From: a virus | Lineage: Duplodnaviria > Caudoviricetes | Direction: 5' to 3' (one strand) | Length of the DNA stretch: 58,362 nucleotides | IMG/VR virus record: IMGVR_UViG_3300037882_000558 | Location: 1 to 58,362 of that record | Shown here: piece by piece, positions 18,038 through 27,431 of the stretch | Layout: each line of letters begins with the position of its first letter | Position numbering within the stretch: position 1 is the stretch's first letter | Position numbers and translations under genes: made by a program | The notes under the pieces: model-generated | The model's database searches: none | The model's input: only the letters and a program-made list of their open reading frames with translations | Told to the model about the DNA's origin: nothing

Positions 18038-19938
18038 TGCAAGATACCATTTACGAAACATTTATTTCCAAATCACGATACGCTCGCTACCTTGAGATTG
18101 AACAACGTAGAGAAAACTGGACTGAATCAGTTGATCGTTACTTTACGTTTATGGAAGAGCATCTACTAGAACAGTACGACTACTTAGTAGACCTAGATAA
18201 AATCGAAGCACTAAAGCAGCTAGTAAAAGATAAAGAAATCTTACCTAGTATGCGCTCTATTATGACTGCAGGAGAAGCACTTGAGCGTGATAACACAGCA
18301 GGATATAACTGTTCCTACTTGCCTGTCGACAATCCAGTTGCGTTTGACGAAGCAATGTTTATCCTCCTATGCGGAACGGGAGTTGGATTCTCTGTTGAGC
18401 GACAATACGTTAACCAGCTACCAGAAGTCCCAAGTAGAATCTACCCCTCTGACACTTTTATCGTTGTACACGACTCTAAAGAAGGTTGGGCTAAGTCGCT
18501 TCGTCAGCTGGTGGCCTTACTATATAGTGGAGAAGCAGCCAAGTGGGATGTATCCAATGTACGAAGAGCCGGAGAAAGACTTAAAACCTTCGGTGGTCGT
18601 GCTTCCGGACCCGCGCCGCTGGAAGATTTATTCCGCTTCGTCACTCGCATTTTTAAGGGTGCACAAGGTAGAAAGCTTACTTCCCTTGAATGCCATGACA
18701 TAATGTGTAAGATTGGTGAAGTTGTAGTAGTAGGCGGCGTACGCCGCTCAGCTATGATTTCGCTATCAAACCTAAGCGATGACCGTATGCGTCACGCTAA
18801 GAGTGGTGCATGGTGGGAGCAGAATGGTCAACGTGCTCTTGCCAATAACTCTGCTTGTTACACCGAACGTCCTGACGTAGGAGTTTTTATGCAAGAGTGG
18901 CTTTCCCTTTACGAGTCTAAATCGGGCGAACGCGGTATCTTTAATAGAGAAGCGGCTAAGAAGATTGCTGCAAAGAACGGTCGCCGTGATATAAATTATG
19001 ATTTCGGTACCAATCCATGCTCAGAGATTATTCTTCGACCATACCAATTCTGTAATTTAAGTACAGTTATCGTGCGTGCTAATGATACAGTAGAGTATCT
19101 AACTTACAAGTCTAAGATGGCTGCTATCTTAGGGACTTGGCAATCTACTTTAACTAATTTCCCCTACCTACGTAAAGTTTGGGAAACTAATACTAAAGAA
19201 GAGCGCTTACTAGGTGTGTCTATGACAGGTATTCTAGACAATCACTTATTTAACGATCCCGAGGATAAGGAACTACCTGGTCGTTTAGAAGCAATTAGAG
19301 ATAGTGCTATTGCTTCTAATGCTGATGAAGCTACACTAATTGGTATTAACGCTTCAGTAGCTGTTACAGCTATTAAGCCAGAAGGTACTACTTCGCAGCT
19401 AACCGATTCAGCTAGTGGTATGCATACTCGTCATAGTGAATTCTATATTCGTAGAATTCGTGGGGACGTAAAAGACCCACTTACACAATTTATGATCAAG
19501 GCAGGCGTTCCTGCTGAACCTTGTGTAATGAAGCCAGATACTACTGTTGTATTTAGTTTCGCTAAGAAAGCCCCCCACGGCGCGTTAGTACGAGAGGATC
19601 TAACTGCTATTGAGCACTTAAAACTTTGGCTACTATTCCAACGTCATTACTGTGAGCACAAGCCTTCAGTTACTATTTCTGTAAGTGAAAAAGAGTGGCC
19701 AGCAGTAGGCGCGTTCGTCTGGGAATACTTTGATGAAATGAGTGGAGTAAGCTTCTTACCTTATGATGGTGGTAGCTACCGTCAAGCTCCTTATGAAGAA
19801 TGTACTGAAGAAGAGTACTTAGCCCTACTAGCTAAAATTCCTGCGGATGTTGATTGGGATGCACTAGTAGAAGAAACCGATAACGTTGAAGGTACGCAAA
19901 CTTTGGCATGTAGTGCCAACGGCTGCGAAATCCAGTAA
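18037..19938 (+). CDS. nrdJ: Class II (adenosylcobalamin-dependent) ribonucleotide reductase
   Basis: LPSMR, YNCSY, GTGVGFS, GGVRRSAMISL, TNPCSEI, KPEGT and EHKPSVT motifs; C-terminal CSANGC redox pair; no beta-subunit gene nearby. Confidence 0.93.
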   Translation: MQDTIYETFISKSRYARYLEIEQRRENWTESVDRYFTFMEEHLLEQYDYLVDLDKIEALKQLVKDKEILPSMRSIMTAGEALERDNTAGYNCSYLPVDNPVAFDEAMFILLCGTGVGFSVERQYVNQLPEVPSRIYPSDTFIVVHDSKEGWAKSLRQLVALLYSGEAAKWDVSNVRRAGERLKTFGGRASGPAPLEDLFRFVTRIFKGAQGRKLTSLECHDIMCKIGEVVVVGGVRRSAMISLSNLSDDRMRHAKSGAWWEQNGQRALANNSACYTERPDVGVFMQEWLSLYESKSGERGIFNREAAKKIAAKNGRRDINYDFGTNPCSEIILRPYQFCNLSTVIVRANDTVEYLTYKSKMAAILGTWQSTLTNFPYLRKVWETNTKEERLLGVSMTGILDNHLFNDPEDKELPGRLEAIRDSAIASNADEATLIGINASVAVTAIKPEGTTSQLTDSASGMHTRHSEFYIRRIRGDVKDPLTQFMIKAGVPAEPCVMKPDTTVVFSFAKKAPHGALVREDLTAIEHLKLWLLFQRHYCEHKPSVTISVSEKEWPAVGAFVWEYFDEMSGVSFLPYDGGSYRQAPYEECTEEEYLALLAKIPADVDWDALVEETDNVEGTQTLACSANGCEIQ

Positions 19939-19948
19939 AGGAAAACAA

Positions 19949-20242
19949 ATGGAAGAAAAAGAGTTAGAGACATTAATCCAATCTAAAGGATTGAATGCCC
20001 CGAGGTTAACACCTGAAGATATTGATGCTGTTATTGTAGGTGAAACATACACTATTCTACCTAGTGGTAAAGTTATGGTATGTGAACTAACACTACGAAA
20101 TGGATTCACTGTAAGAGGTGAGTCCGCTACTGTTAGTAAAGCTAACTTCGATGAAGAAATCGGACGACGACTTTCCCGAGGGAATGCACGTAACAAGATT
20201 TGGGAGTTAGAAGGTTATCTGTTACAAGAAATAACTCGTTAA
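19949..20242 (+). CDS. N4 gp49/Sf6 gp66-family protein
   Basis: APRLT, CELTLRNGFTVRGESA, NFDEEIGR and IWELEGYLL motifs; SD AAGGA before ATG 19949. Confidence 0.85.
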   Translation: MEEKELETLIQSKGLNAPRLTPEDIDAVIVGETYTILPSGKVMVCELTLRNGFTVRGESATVSKANFDEEIGRRLSRGNARNKIWELEGYLLQEITR

Positions 20243-20247
20243 GACGT

Positions 20248-20282
20248 AAAAAAGCCCCTAAGATTGCTCTTAGGGGCTTTTT
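20248..20282. terminator. Bidirectional terminator between the converging early and late modules
   Basis: AAAAAAGCCCCTAAGA-ttgc-TCTTAGGGGCTTTTT. Confidence 0.88.
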
Positions 20283-20284
20283 GT

Positions 20285-20461
20285 TTATTCCTTAATAGGA
20301 AATGGTGCTTTTAAACAATATAGCAAACGAGTAGTTGAAGGCATCCTTATAGTACCCGATTCATTACTAGGACCACAAAATCTTAATAACACTGCAGGTC
20401 TTGGAGGTGGTGTAATATTTAAATTACCTGTTATCTGTTTAATAGCAGATTGTATATTCAT
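20285..20461 (-). CDS. Small hypothetical protein
   Basis: ATG 20461 overlaps the upstream stop (TAATG). Confidence 0.5.
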   Translation of the reverse strand: MNIQSAIKQITGNLNITPPPRPAVLLRFCGPSNESGTIRMPSTTRLLYCLKAPFPIKE

Positions 20462-21777
20462 TACCAAGCACCAGAAGAAGTTAATTTATTGAACCACTCT
20501 TTAGCAAATGCAGGGTATTGGCTAGCCTGTACGTGAGGAGCATTACTACCTGAGATAGCGGTAGCAGGAGGCTCTGGGTATGTTACAACATTTCGGCCCC
20601 ATAGTTCGTATAAGTCACCACCACGAATAACATTGGCAGGAGTAACAAAACCACTAGCAAATGCATCTGAAATACCTAACTGTAAGGTACGATAAGTATC
20701 TACGTATACAGGATCGTCAAATACAGCAGCATTTGGACTAAAGCAAGTGAAACCTAATGCTACTTTGTAACCTTGAGCAGTAAAATAGTTAACCATGTTA
20801 CGTATAGCAACTGCGTACCATCCACGCACCGTAGGTTGACTAACTAATGCTCCTTGAGCATCCGATTGACCGTTTGCCATAAATACCCAACGTTCTCGAA
20901 CGAAAGGTATAGCATCTAGAGCTGCTTTAGTTCTTGCAAGTAAACCTAGTGGATCGAAACCAAACTCACCTGAAGCAAGAGGCTTGAATAGTGTAAGTGC
21001 TCCTACAGAAGTAGCTATACAAGTCCAAGTAACAGTGTTATCAGGGATTACATCATTAAGGGCCGCTGTTGACATAGTACTAGGTTGTGTAGCTCCTGTT
21101 ACTTGTGAGCCTACAGGGATGATGTAGTCAATATTAATAGCACCACCGCCAGAAGGAATAGCTACGCCACTATTATTACAAGCATAACGAGCACGACCTG
21201 TAGTACAACGGAATACTCGTGTACCAACTAAAATAACGTCACCATAATCTCCGGAATCCCCGGTACCAATACTAGCGCGTTGACCGAAATATGCGGTAGA
21301 GGCAGACCACTGACCTACTTGGCCTGTCCACTGTTTAATAAAGCTACTACCACCAATAGCGCAATTAGCCCATTTAATATTCCAACCCCTCTGACTTAAA
21401 AAATCATCAAGTAAAGGAATTACAGAACCTAGTGCTGTAACTGCAGGTGCTATAGGATCTGTTAGGCCGTTAACATTAAATGCAGTAGTCCAAGCTACAG
21501 TACCGGGACCTTCCCAAGTACGTGCAGATCCACGTTCATTACTTTGACCTACCATAGCTACTGCTCGCATCCCGTTAATTCCGGGAGTAGCTTTAAGCTT
21601 GTACTTGGATACAACTGGTACACCATTTACATATTTCTGTAAAGTTACACCATCATTAAAAGCATCTAGTACGCTTATAGGCGAACCATTACTAACAATA
21701 TCCCCGTAAGGAGCTATCGTATAACCACTAATAGTTAGAGTATTAGCGGTTAGGTTATCATAATTATATACATCCAT
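20461..21777 (-). CDS. SGNH/SASA-like esterase with a carbohydrate-binding-like insert; probably virion-associated
   Basis: MVGQSNE block I, CAIGGSS, NGQSDA, C-terminal APH; WSASTAY...FRCTTG module. Confidence 0.7.
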   Translation of the reverse strand: MDVYNYDNLTANTLTISGYTIAPYGDIVSNGSPISVLDAFNDGVTLQKYVNGVPVVSKYKLKATPGINGMRAVAMVGQSNERGSARTWEGPGTVAWTTAFNVNGLTDPIAPAVTALGSVIPLLDDFLSQRGWNIKWANCAIGGSSFIKQWTGQVGQWSASTAYFGQRASIGTGDSGDYGDVILVGTRVFRCTTGRARYACNNSGVAIPSGGGAINIDYIIPVGSQVTGATQPSTMSTAALNDVIPDNTVTWTCIATSVGALTLFKPLASGEFGFDPLGLLARTKAALDAIPFVRERWVFMANGQSDAQGALVSQPTVRGWYAVAIRNMVNYFTAQGYKVALGFTCFSPNAAVFDDPVYVDTYRTLQLGISDAFASGFVTPANVIRGGDLYELWGRNVVTYPEPPATAISGSNAPHVQASQYPAFAKEWFNKLTSSGAW

Positions 21778-21789
21778 TTTATTTCTTTC

Positions 21790-22058
21790 TTAATCAGACA
21801 CAAAGCTCTTAAGTAGGCCATGTCTATCTGCAGTTATTTCTTTTACCCCAAAGCCGTCTCTAAGCAGCTTATTTAAATTTAACCAATCTCTTTTGGTTAT
21901 AGTTGCCGAATTGGACTTTAGGAACGAGTGTACAAATACTACACCTGGGGATAGGAACTCTACTTGAGCAATAGCAACAAAAGGAGATGATTCTCGAAAG
22001 AACCATCTCCTTCGTATCCGCGTATTGTTAAGCTAGTTATCTGGGCATGCCAGTTCAT
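21790..22058 (-). pseudogene. Hypothetical gene split by a 1-nt frameshift near 21985
   Basis: ATG coupled to the phoH stop gives MNWHAQITSLTIRGYEGDGSFEN, then TAG; the -1 frame has no start of its own and continues PFVAIAQVEF...ADRHGLLKSFVSD to TAA 21790. Confidence 0.6.
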
Positions 22059-22750
22059 TAATTTCTATATGCCATAATTACGGCCTTACACATTTTGCTA
22101 CGTACGATATCAGAATCTAAGAACTCTACAATTTCAACACCTTCGATATTTTCTAATCTATCGATAGCGTCTTCGAATCCCGAATCATGGATATCGGATT
22201 GGTCTTGATCTCCTGAAAAGATCATTTTGCAATTCTTTCCAATTCTGGAAAGCATCATTTTCATTTCTTCTTTTGTAGCGTTCTGCATTTCATCAGCTAG
22301 AACAATACAATTCTCAAAGGTCATACCTCTCATAAATCCTAGAGGTACTGGCTCAATTGTTTTATCTTTTAAACAATAATCGTAGAAACCAGGTCCTAAA
22401 GCCTTTTTAAAGATATTGTCAAATGGTTGTAAGTATGGGGCGTACTTTTCACTTAGTTCACCCGGTAAAAATCCTAAACCTTTACCCGTTTCTACGTTAG
22501 GGCGAGTAAGTACTATTTTACTTACTCGCTTGTGATATAACTCACTAGCAGCATACTGGGCTGCGATATATGTTTTCCCTGTTCCGGCACTGCCCATACC
22601 AAAAATTATCGAATTGTTTTTTAGGGCATTAAGATAAGCTTCTTGTATGTAATTTAAAGGTACTACTTCCTTAAATTGTTGACTATAATAAGAATTAGTA
22701 ACAACAGTTTGTTGTTCTCTACGAGCGCGTTTACCGGAGTTTCTTGCCAT
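22058..22750 (-). CDS. phoH: PhoH-family ATPase
   Basis: GSAGTGKTY, LGFLPG, FMRGMTF, DEMQN, GDQDQSD and DIVRS motifs. Confidence 0.95.
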   Translation of the reverse strand: MARNSGKRARREQQTVVTNSYYSQQFKEVVPLNYIQEAYLNALKNNSIIFGMGSAGTGKTYIAAQYAASELYHKRVSKIVLTRPNVETGKGLGFLPGELSEKYAPYLQPFDNIFKKALGPGFYDYCLKDKTIEPVPLGFMRGMTFENCIVLADEMQNATKEEMKMMLSRIGKNCKMIFSGDQDQSDIHDSGFEDAIDRLENIEGVEIVEFLDSDIVRSKMCKAVIMAYRN

Positions 22751-22784
22751 GTATGCCTTTGTTAGTTAATAAGAAACGTACTCT

Positions 22785-24673
22785 TTAAGCACGTTTTTCA
22801 ATACGTGCTTCACTCATTAACACTCTAATGATAGAATTCTCGGATCCAGTACCTAAACCACCTTCAAGATAGGCTAAGAGACTAGTTTGACCTGCAGGAA
22901 TTTTCCACCAAGGTGTTCTCATAATACCCGTTTTATTGCTATATACTTGTGAGGCGGGAGTAATAAAAGAACTCTTCCCGCCGTCTGCTGTAAAGGAAAA
23001 TAAACTATCAATGGTAGCACCGGGACGTAGGGCTAGCATAATACTACGCCAATTAGAATCTAAGGCGTGTACCCTCATAGATAAGCGAACCCAATCACCT
23101 GCCACTAAACCTACAGATGCTAGTGTAACTGTTTGTTGAAAAGTTATACGTTCTTGAGTTGTAACTGTACCGCCTACAGTACCCTGTAAGTACTGCCAGT
23201 CTGATCGTGACTCTAGATTTGGTAAAGGTAGTATACCTAACCATGCCGCAGCATTATCGCTTGTAGAGGCCCAAGGTACTGTATTCCATGTAGGCGCTGC
23301 AGTTCCTGCTGTGCCCGCTGTAGTACAAACATAATGTAAACCAGTACGATAAGTAGGTAATACAATATCTCCAAGTGCATATGTTGTATTCGCTCTCCAA
23401 ATCTTAGGAACACCAGAAATTTTGCGAGCAGTACAAGTAACGTTTGCACCCGGTGTATTAACTGTCCAGCTAGAGGCTACTTGTCCTTGCGGTAGTCCGG
23501 CAGTAGAACCTGCAGATGTATGAGTACCACTAGAACCAGCCATAGCTCCGTTAGTAATATAATTATCAGTACTCAAAGAAGTAGCGCTATAAGGACGTAA
23601 TTTTATGTAAGGTCTAATTAGTTCAGCTGCTTTTCTAGCAATTTTATCAGCACCGATAGCGGTCCAGTGAGTGCCGTCCACTAGATCAGTGGCACTGCCT
23701 GTATCAGTAGCAGGGTCATTAATAAGACTATAAACAGGTACTAAAACTACAGAACCCCTATTAGCCACGGCATTTCTAAGTCCGGTATTATATACGCGTA
23801 AAAATGTCTGTCTAGTAGAATCCATTGATCCTTGTGGGTGTTCTTCATTAATAATAACGAATATACCTGCTGCTGCTAAGATATCTAATATAGCTATAGT
23901 ATTGGCTAAAGATACATTAGGATCTCTACCTTGAGCCATATCATTAATGCCTATAGTTACTTTAGCATGTGAATAAGGGGCTAGATTTAAAGTACGTAAT
24001 AAAGCTAAAGTGCTTGAAGTTTCATGACCTGGCACACATAGATTAACAACATCCGACCAAGGCTGTTCAAGACTTGAACAGAATTCACTAACACTACCTG
24101 CAGCTCCTTGAATTGCGTCAATAGTAACGCATAAGCTGCTTCCGCTATATCCTGTGGTAGCTACAACAGCATTAACAAGATAATCATAGTCTGGTGCATC
24201 TAAAGGTACTGAAATGGTACCTGTAGATGTAGTAACACTAGTGAAGTCAAACCAACGATTACGCAATGGGGCCTGCACTGGTGCATCTGGATCAATTAAT
24301 ATTCGCTGACCTGCAGGAATATTATGAGGAGCTGTAAAGGTGATTAGCGCTGTACCAGCAGGAGTACCTGCGGAAATAGCAGAAATAGTTTTTACCCAAC
24401 CACCTAAAGCCGGGAAAGGTACAGGAGATCTAGCATCTCTAGAATCTCCTATTACAAGTAATTTAGTACCTACTTGTATAACGCTTTTATTATTAAGCTC
24501 TATTGCTTTAGCAGGTACACCATTTAAATATTTTTGTAAGGAAATACCATCATTATAACTATCTAATATTCCAATAGTTACCCCATTGCTTACTATCTCT
24601 CCATAAGGTGGAATATTATACCCACCTATACCAGTGTATTACTGGTTAAATTATCATAACTATATACATCCAT
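22785..24673 (-). pseudogene. Second SGNH hydrolase/virion protein, paralogous N-terminus to 20461..21777, with a frameshift at codon 15
   Basis: MDVYSYDNLTSNTLV then TAG; the -1 frame continues IGGYNIPPYGEIVSNG...VIGDS...GIND...DGTHW into the 497-aa ORF. Confidence 0.8.
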
Positions 24674-24675
24674 TT

Positions 24676-25119
24676 TTATTCCTTAAACAGTTTTTGTTCT
24701 GCTAATCTTCGGCGAGTTAAGCCAGCTACTACCTTACCACCAGCTTTATTCCATTTAGGGAATTCGTTAGCTGCGCCAACATAATCTTTAGCATTTAATT
24801 TTTTTAATAACGTACTAGATGCGAATGCTGTAACACCTAGGTTATACGCAAAGCTTGTTAAAGCATCAAATTGATTTTGAGTAAGAGGTACTTTGGCTAG
24901 TTGATTTACACCGTTCTCATATTCCACTAGAGTAGCTTGCAACAATGCGATTGCTTGTCCTTCGCTAATAGCAGGATCATTAATGGTGACTCTCTTACCA
25001 CTAGGATATCTAGTGGACCCATAACCAATAGTAGGTACACCTACAATATCTAGATAAGGTTTGCTTTCGAAACCTTCAAAATCAGTAATTAGGCCGATGC
25101 CGTTAAGACTTGTCTTCAT
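24676..25119 (-). CDS. Endolysin, GH24 phage lysozyme
   Basis: FEG...YLDIVGVPTIGYGST, QNQFDALTSFAYNLG, GLTRRRLAE. Confidence 0.95.
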   Translation of the reverse strand: MKTSLNGIGLITDFEGFESKPYLDIVGVPTIGYGSTRYPSGKRVTINDPAISEGQAIALLQATLVEYENGVNQLAKVPLTQNQFDALTSFAYNLGVTAFASSTLLKKLNAKDYVGAANEFPKWNKAGGKVVAGLTRRRLAEQKLFKE

Positions 25120-25327
25120 TTACTTCTACACTCGGTTGGGTTACTACTCGACCTAAAATACCTAACCCTAGCAGTACTAGGGTTATAGTAGTTACTAGGG
25201 TAGGGTTAATACTAGCAAGCATTGCTGGAGGTAGTGTTTGCCAAGCTCCTTGAATAGCTAGTGCTAAAGTCATTGCTTGAACACTTATCATCTTGTAAGC
25301 TTTTTTCCAATTTGGGATAAGTTTCAT
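25103..25327 (-). CDS. Holin
   Basis: MKLIPNWKKAYKMISVQ, two transmembrane segments, adjacent to the endolysin. Confidence 0.75.
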   Translation of the reverse strand: MKLIPNWKKAYKMISVQAMTLALAIQGAWQTLPPAMLASINPTLVTTITLVLLGLGILGRVVTQPSVEVNEDKS

Positions 25328-25611
25328 TTGGAATCCTTATTTGAGAACTTTTTCAGTAGTTCTACAGAGCCTTGCTGCTTGTTAAAGCACTCGGCATAAA
25401 TTTTTACGTCTTCGGCTTTATTAGCCAAAATTTGTTCAAAACTAGCCCCTTCTAACAATGAGGAAAGACCTGGTTTACACAATTCAAACGCCTTAGGGTC
25501 TAAAACTACGACTCTATCGGGCGGAACTACTGGCGGAACTTTTTTAGCAAATAAGCTACATCCGTTTAATAGGGATAAACTAATTACAATGCTTAGAACT
25601 AGTTTTTTCAT
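25324..25611 (-). CDS. o-spanin (Rz1-like lipoprotein)
   Basis: Signal peptide with lipobox LLNG-C, Pro-rich stretch, extra cysteines. Confidence 0.75.
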   Translation of the reverse strand: MKKLVLSIVISLSLLNGCSLFAKKVPPVVPPDRVVVLDPKAFELCKPGLSSLLEGASFEQILANKAEDVKIYAECFNKQQGSVELLKKFSNKDSK

Positions 25612-25973
25612 TGTTTGGTCCCTGCAGAAACAAGGGAGTTATAACTATTTATAAAATTCTCAGATAAGGTACACTCACCATTTTTTACAATGACAAGGGG
25701 CTTATCTTTAGATAATACTAAGATTTGATTTATCTTACCATCTAGTAGTTTGGCTTTACTATCATTAAGTTCTATTAATTTAGTACTGCTAATCTGTAGA
25801 TCTACTATATGAGTATCTATTGTTTTGGTATACTCTGCCCATCTTTGCTCATAGCGTTGAGATACATCTCGTTCTGCACGAGTATAAACCGCATTATATG
25901 CAAAATAAAGAATTGAAGTAAGGCATATAGCTATTACTATCTGTTTAGAGTATTTAAGAAACCAAATAAGCAT
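25608..25973 (-). CDS. i-spanin (Rz-like)
   Basis: N-terminal transmembrane segment, helical region, C-terminal Cys; directly upstream of the lipoprotein. Confidence 0.7.
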   Translation of the reverse strand: MLIWFLKYSKQIVIAICLTSILYFAYNAVYTRAERDVSQRYEQRWAEYTKTIDTHIVDLQISSTKLIELNDSKAKLLDGKINQILVLSKDKPLVIVKNGECTLSENFINSYNSLVSAGTKQ

Positions 25974-26376
25974 CTGTTGTCGTCTGTGTAATATAGACGT
26001 CCGTTTTAGTGAGGGTTATTACTTTGTCAAGTAAAAGTAATAGGTTACCTTTATGGACAACAGGTTCAGAGCCTACATTGTATTGATAAGAGGTAGAAAT
26101 AGTTATATTATTCATCTGATATATAGCTCCTACACTACTTTGACTAAGCTGACTTAATATAGCGCTTAATAATTGATGTAATTGTGTTATTATAGCAGTA
26201 CTACTGCTACTAAGTCTAACACTGGCTGCACATACTAAATTAAGCACCTTAACAATAGTCGAGGTGCTTGAAATAGCAGATTGGTTATTAGAAGATAGCC
26301 CCAGAGTGTGTACTAATGTAATTGCTCTAGGACTACTAGTATTAGTTTGACTACATGGGGCTACGATTAAATCCAT
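25954..26376 (-). CDS. Ser/Thr-rich hypothetical protein
   Basis: 140-aa ORF tightly packed in the late operon. Confidence 0.55.
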   Translation of the reverse strand: MDLIVAPCSQTNTSSPRAITLVHTLGLSSNNQSAISSTSTIVKVLNLVCAASVRLSSSSTAIITQLHQLLSAILSQLSQSSVGAIYQMNNITISTSYQYNVGSEPVVHKGNLLLLLDKVITLTKTDVYITQTTTDAYLVS

Positions 26377-26378
26377 AA

Positions 26379-26759
26379 TTAGGTAGGCTGATTAGCTGTA
26401 TACGTAATTGCAGGGAAATTAACACCATTACCTGAAGTAACTACCTGGTCACTTGTTTCATCAGTTACCCAGATTACATTAGCAGTACCATCTGTAAAAG
26501 CTACGTGAAGATTAGGAGTAGCTCCCGAATTTGCTATAGCTGTACCGCTTTTTGCACCTGAGGTTAGTACCCTATTACTACCACTTGAGGATAAGGTGTA
26601 ATCACCGTTAACCATAGTAATACTAGCAATTATATTTGAAACTACTGTGGCGTAGGAATCACCTGCAGCATACGCTTTTATTAAAAGCATACGTGTAGCA
26701 TTATTTTTAATATCATTCAGGCCGTTATCTAATACGCCTGATCTTACCCATTTTGCCAT
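26379..26759 (-). CDS. Putative virion structural protein
   Basis: MAKWV..VLDNGL...VTSGNGVNFPAITYT pattern seen in phage tail-associated genes; SD AAGGAAG. Confidence 0.6.
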   Translation of the reverse strand: MAKWVRSGVLDNGLNDIKNNATRMLLIKAYAAGDSYATVVSNIIASITMVNGDYTLSSSGSNRVLTSGAKSGTAIANSGATPNLHVAFTDGTANVIWVTDETSDQVVTSGNGVNFPAITYTANQPT

Positions 26760-26768
26760 TATGCTTCC

Positions 26769-27359
26769 TTATCTAGTAACTTCTTTTACTAAGGTAACAT
26801 TACCTACTAGTAATTCCGAAACATTAGGGCCACTTATTACTTCTAAGCTATATACCGCTGTTTTAAAGTCGTAAGCTGCGGTTACTGTAGCGGAGATTAG
26901 AATAGTAATAGTACTAGTAGCTGAATCAATAACTATCTTACCATTTTCAGTAGTAAGTTCATCGATTACTGTAGTAGAATCTGCTGTAGCACGTATTTGC
27001 ATTCTAGCTGTAAGACCTACTACACTTACAGGTTGCTTGTATACTAGCTGACCACCAGTAGTATAAGCAGGATAGCTAATACTATTTTCAGAATTTATAG
27101 TAACAGTATTCGTATCTGTAGCATATGCTGTATAATATTCCTCAGCATCGCTATTTATATTCTTCATTCCGTTTACATTAACTATCTGAAATCTCCAACC
27201 ACGTGGAATACCGTGTGACGGGGCAGTTACTACAACTGGCGCAGCTTGAGTAATCGCAGTGATAGCAACATAAACAAAGTCAGCACTTTCCCAACGTAAT
27301 ATTTGCTGAAAAGTGCTGCCTTGATATATCTTCAAGTTTAATTTGGTAGGTATTTGCAT
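26769..27359 (-). CDS. Tail/baseplate-associated protein (BppU-like ends with an FCCH-like insert)
   Basis: LKIYQGSTF...ARMQIR...AVYSLEV...GNVTLVKEVTR; ITAITQAAPVVVTAPSHG insert; start ATG 27359 lies downstream of the promoter. Confidence 0.65.
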   Translation of the reverse strand: MQIPTKLNLKIYQGSTFQQILRWESADFVYVAITAITQAAPVVVTAPSHGIPRGWRFQIVNVNGMKNINSDAEEYYTAYATDTNTVTINSENSISYPAYTTGGQLVYKQPVSVVGLTARMQIRATADSTTVIDELTTENGKIVIDSATSTITILISATVTAAYDFKTAVYSLEVISGPNVSELLVGNVTLVKEVTR

Positions 27360-27385
27360 AAAGATAGTTCCTCTATTTTGTACCA

Positions 27386-27414
27386 ATTATAACATAGAGG
27401 TACAAAACAGTCAA
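27386..27414 (-). promoter_or_regulatory. Late sigma70-type promoter driving the lysis/accessory block
   Basis: TTGACT-N17-TATAAT with upstream A-tract. Confidence 0.8.
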
Positions 27415-27431
27415 GCATTTTATTATACCTA

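Noticed and set aside
2648-19938. Inteins or introns in polymerase, helicases or RNR
   Set aside because: Protein lengths are ordinary and motifs are contiguous; no intein splice motifs or intron-sized gaps seen
24340-24558. 72-aa plus-strand ORF in the apparent gap upstream of the 497-aa ORF
   Set aside because: The gap is the frameshifted 5' part of the minus-strand SGNH gene
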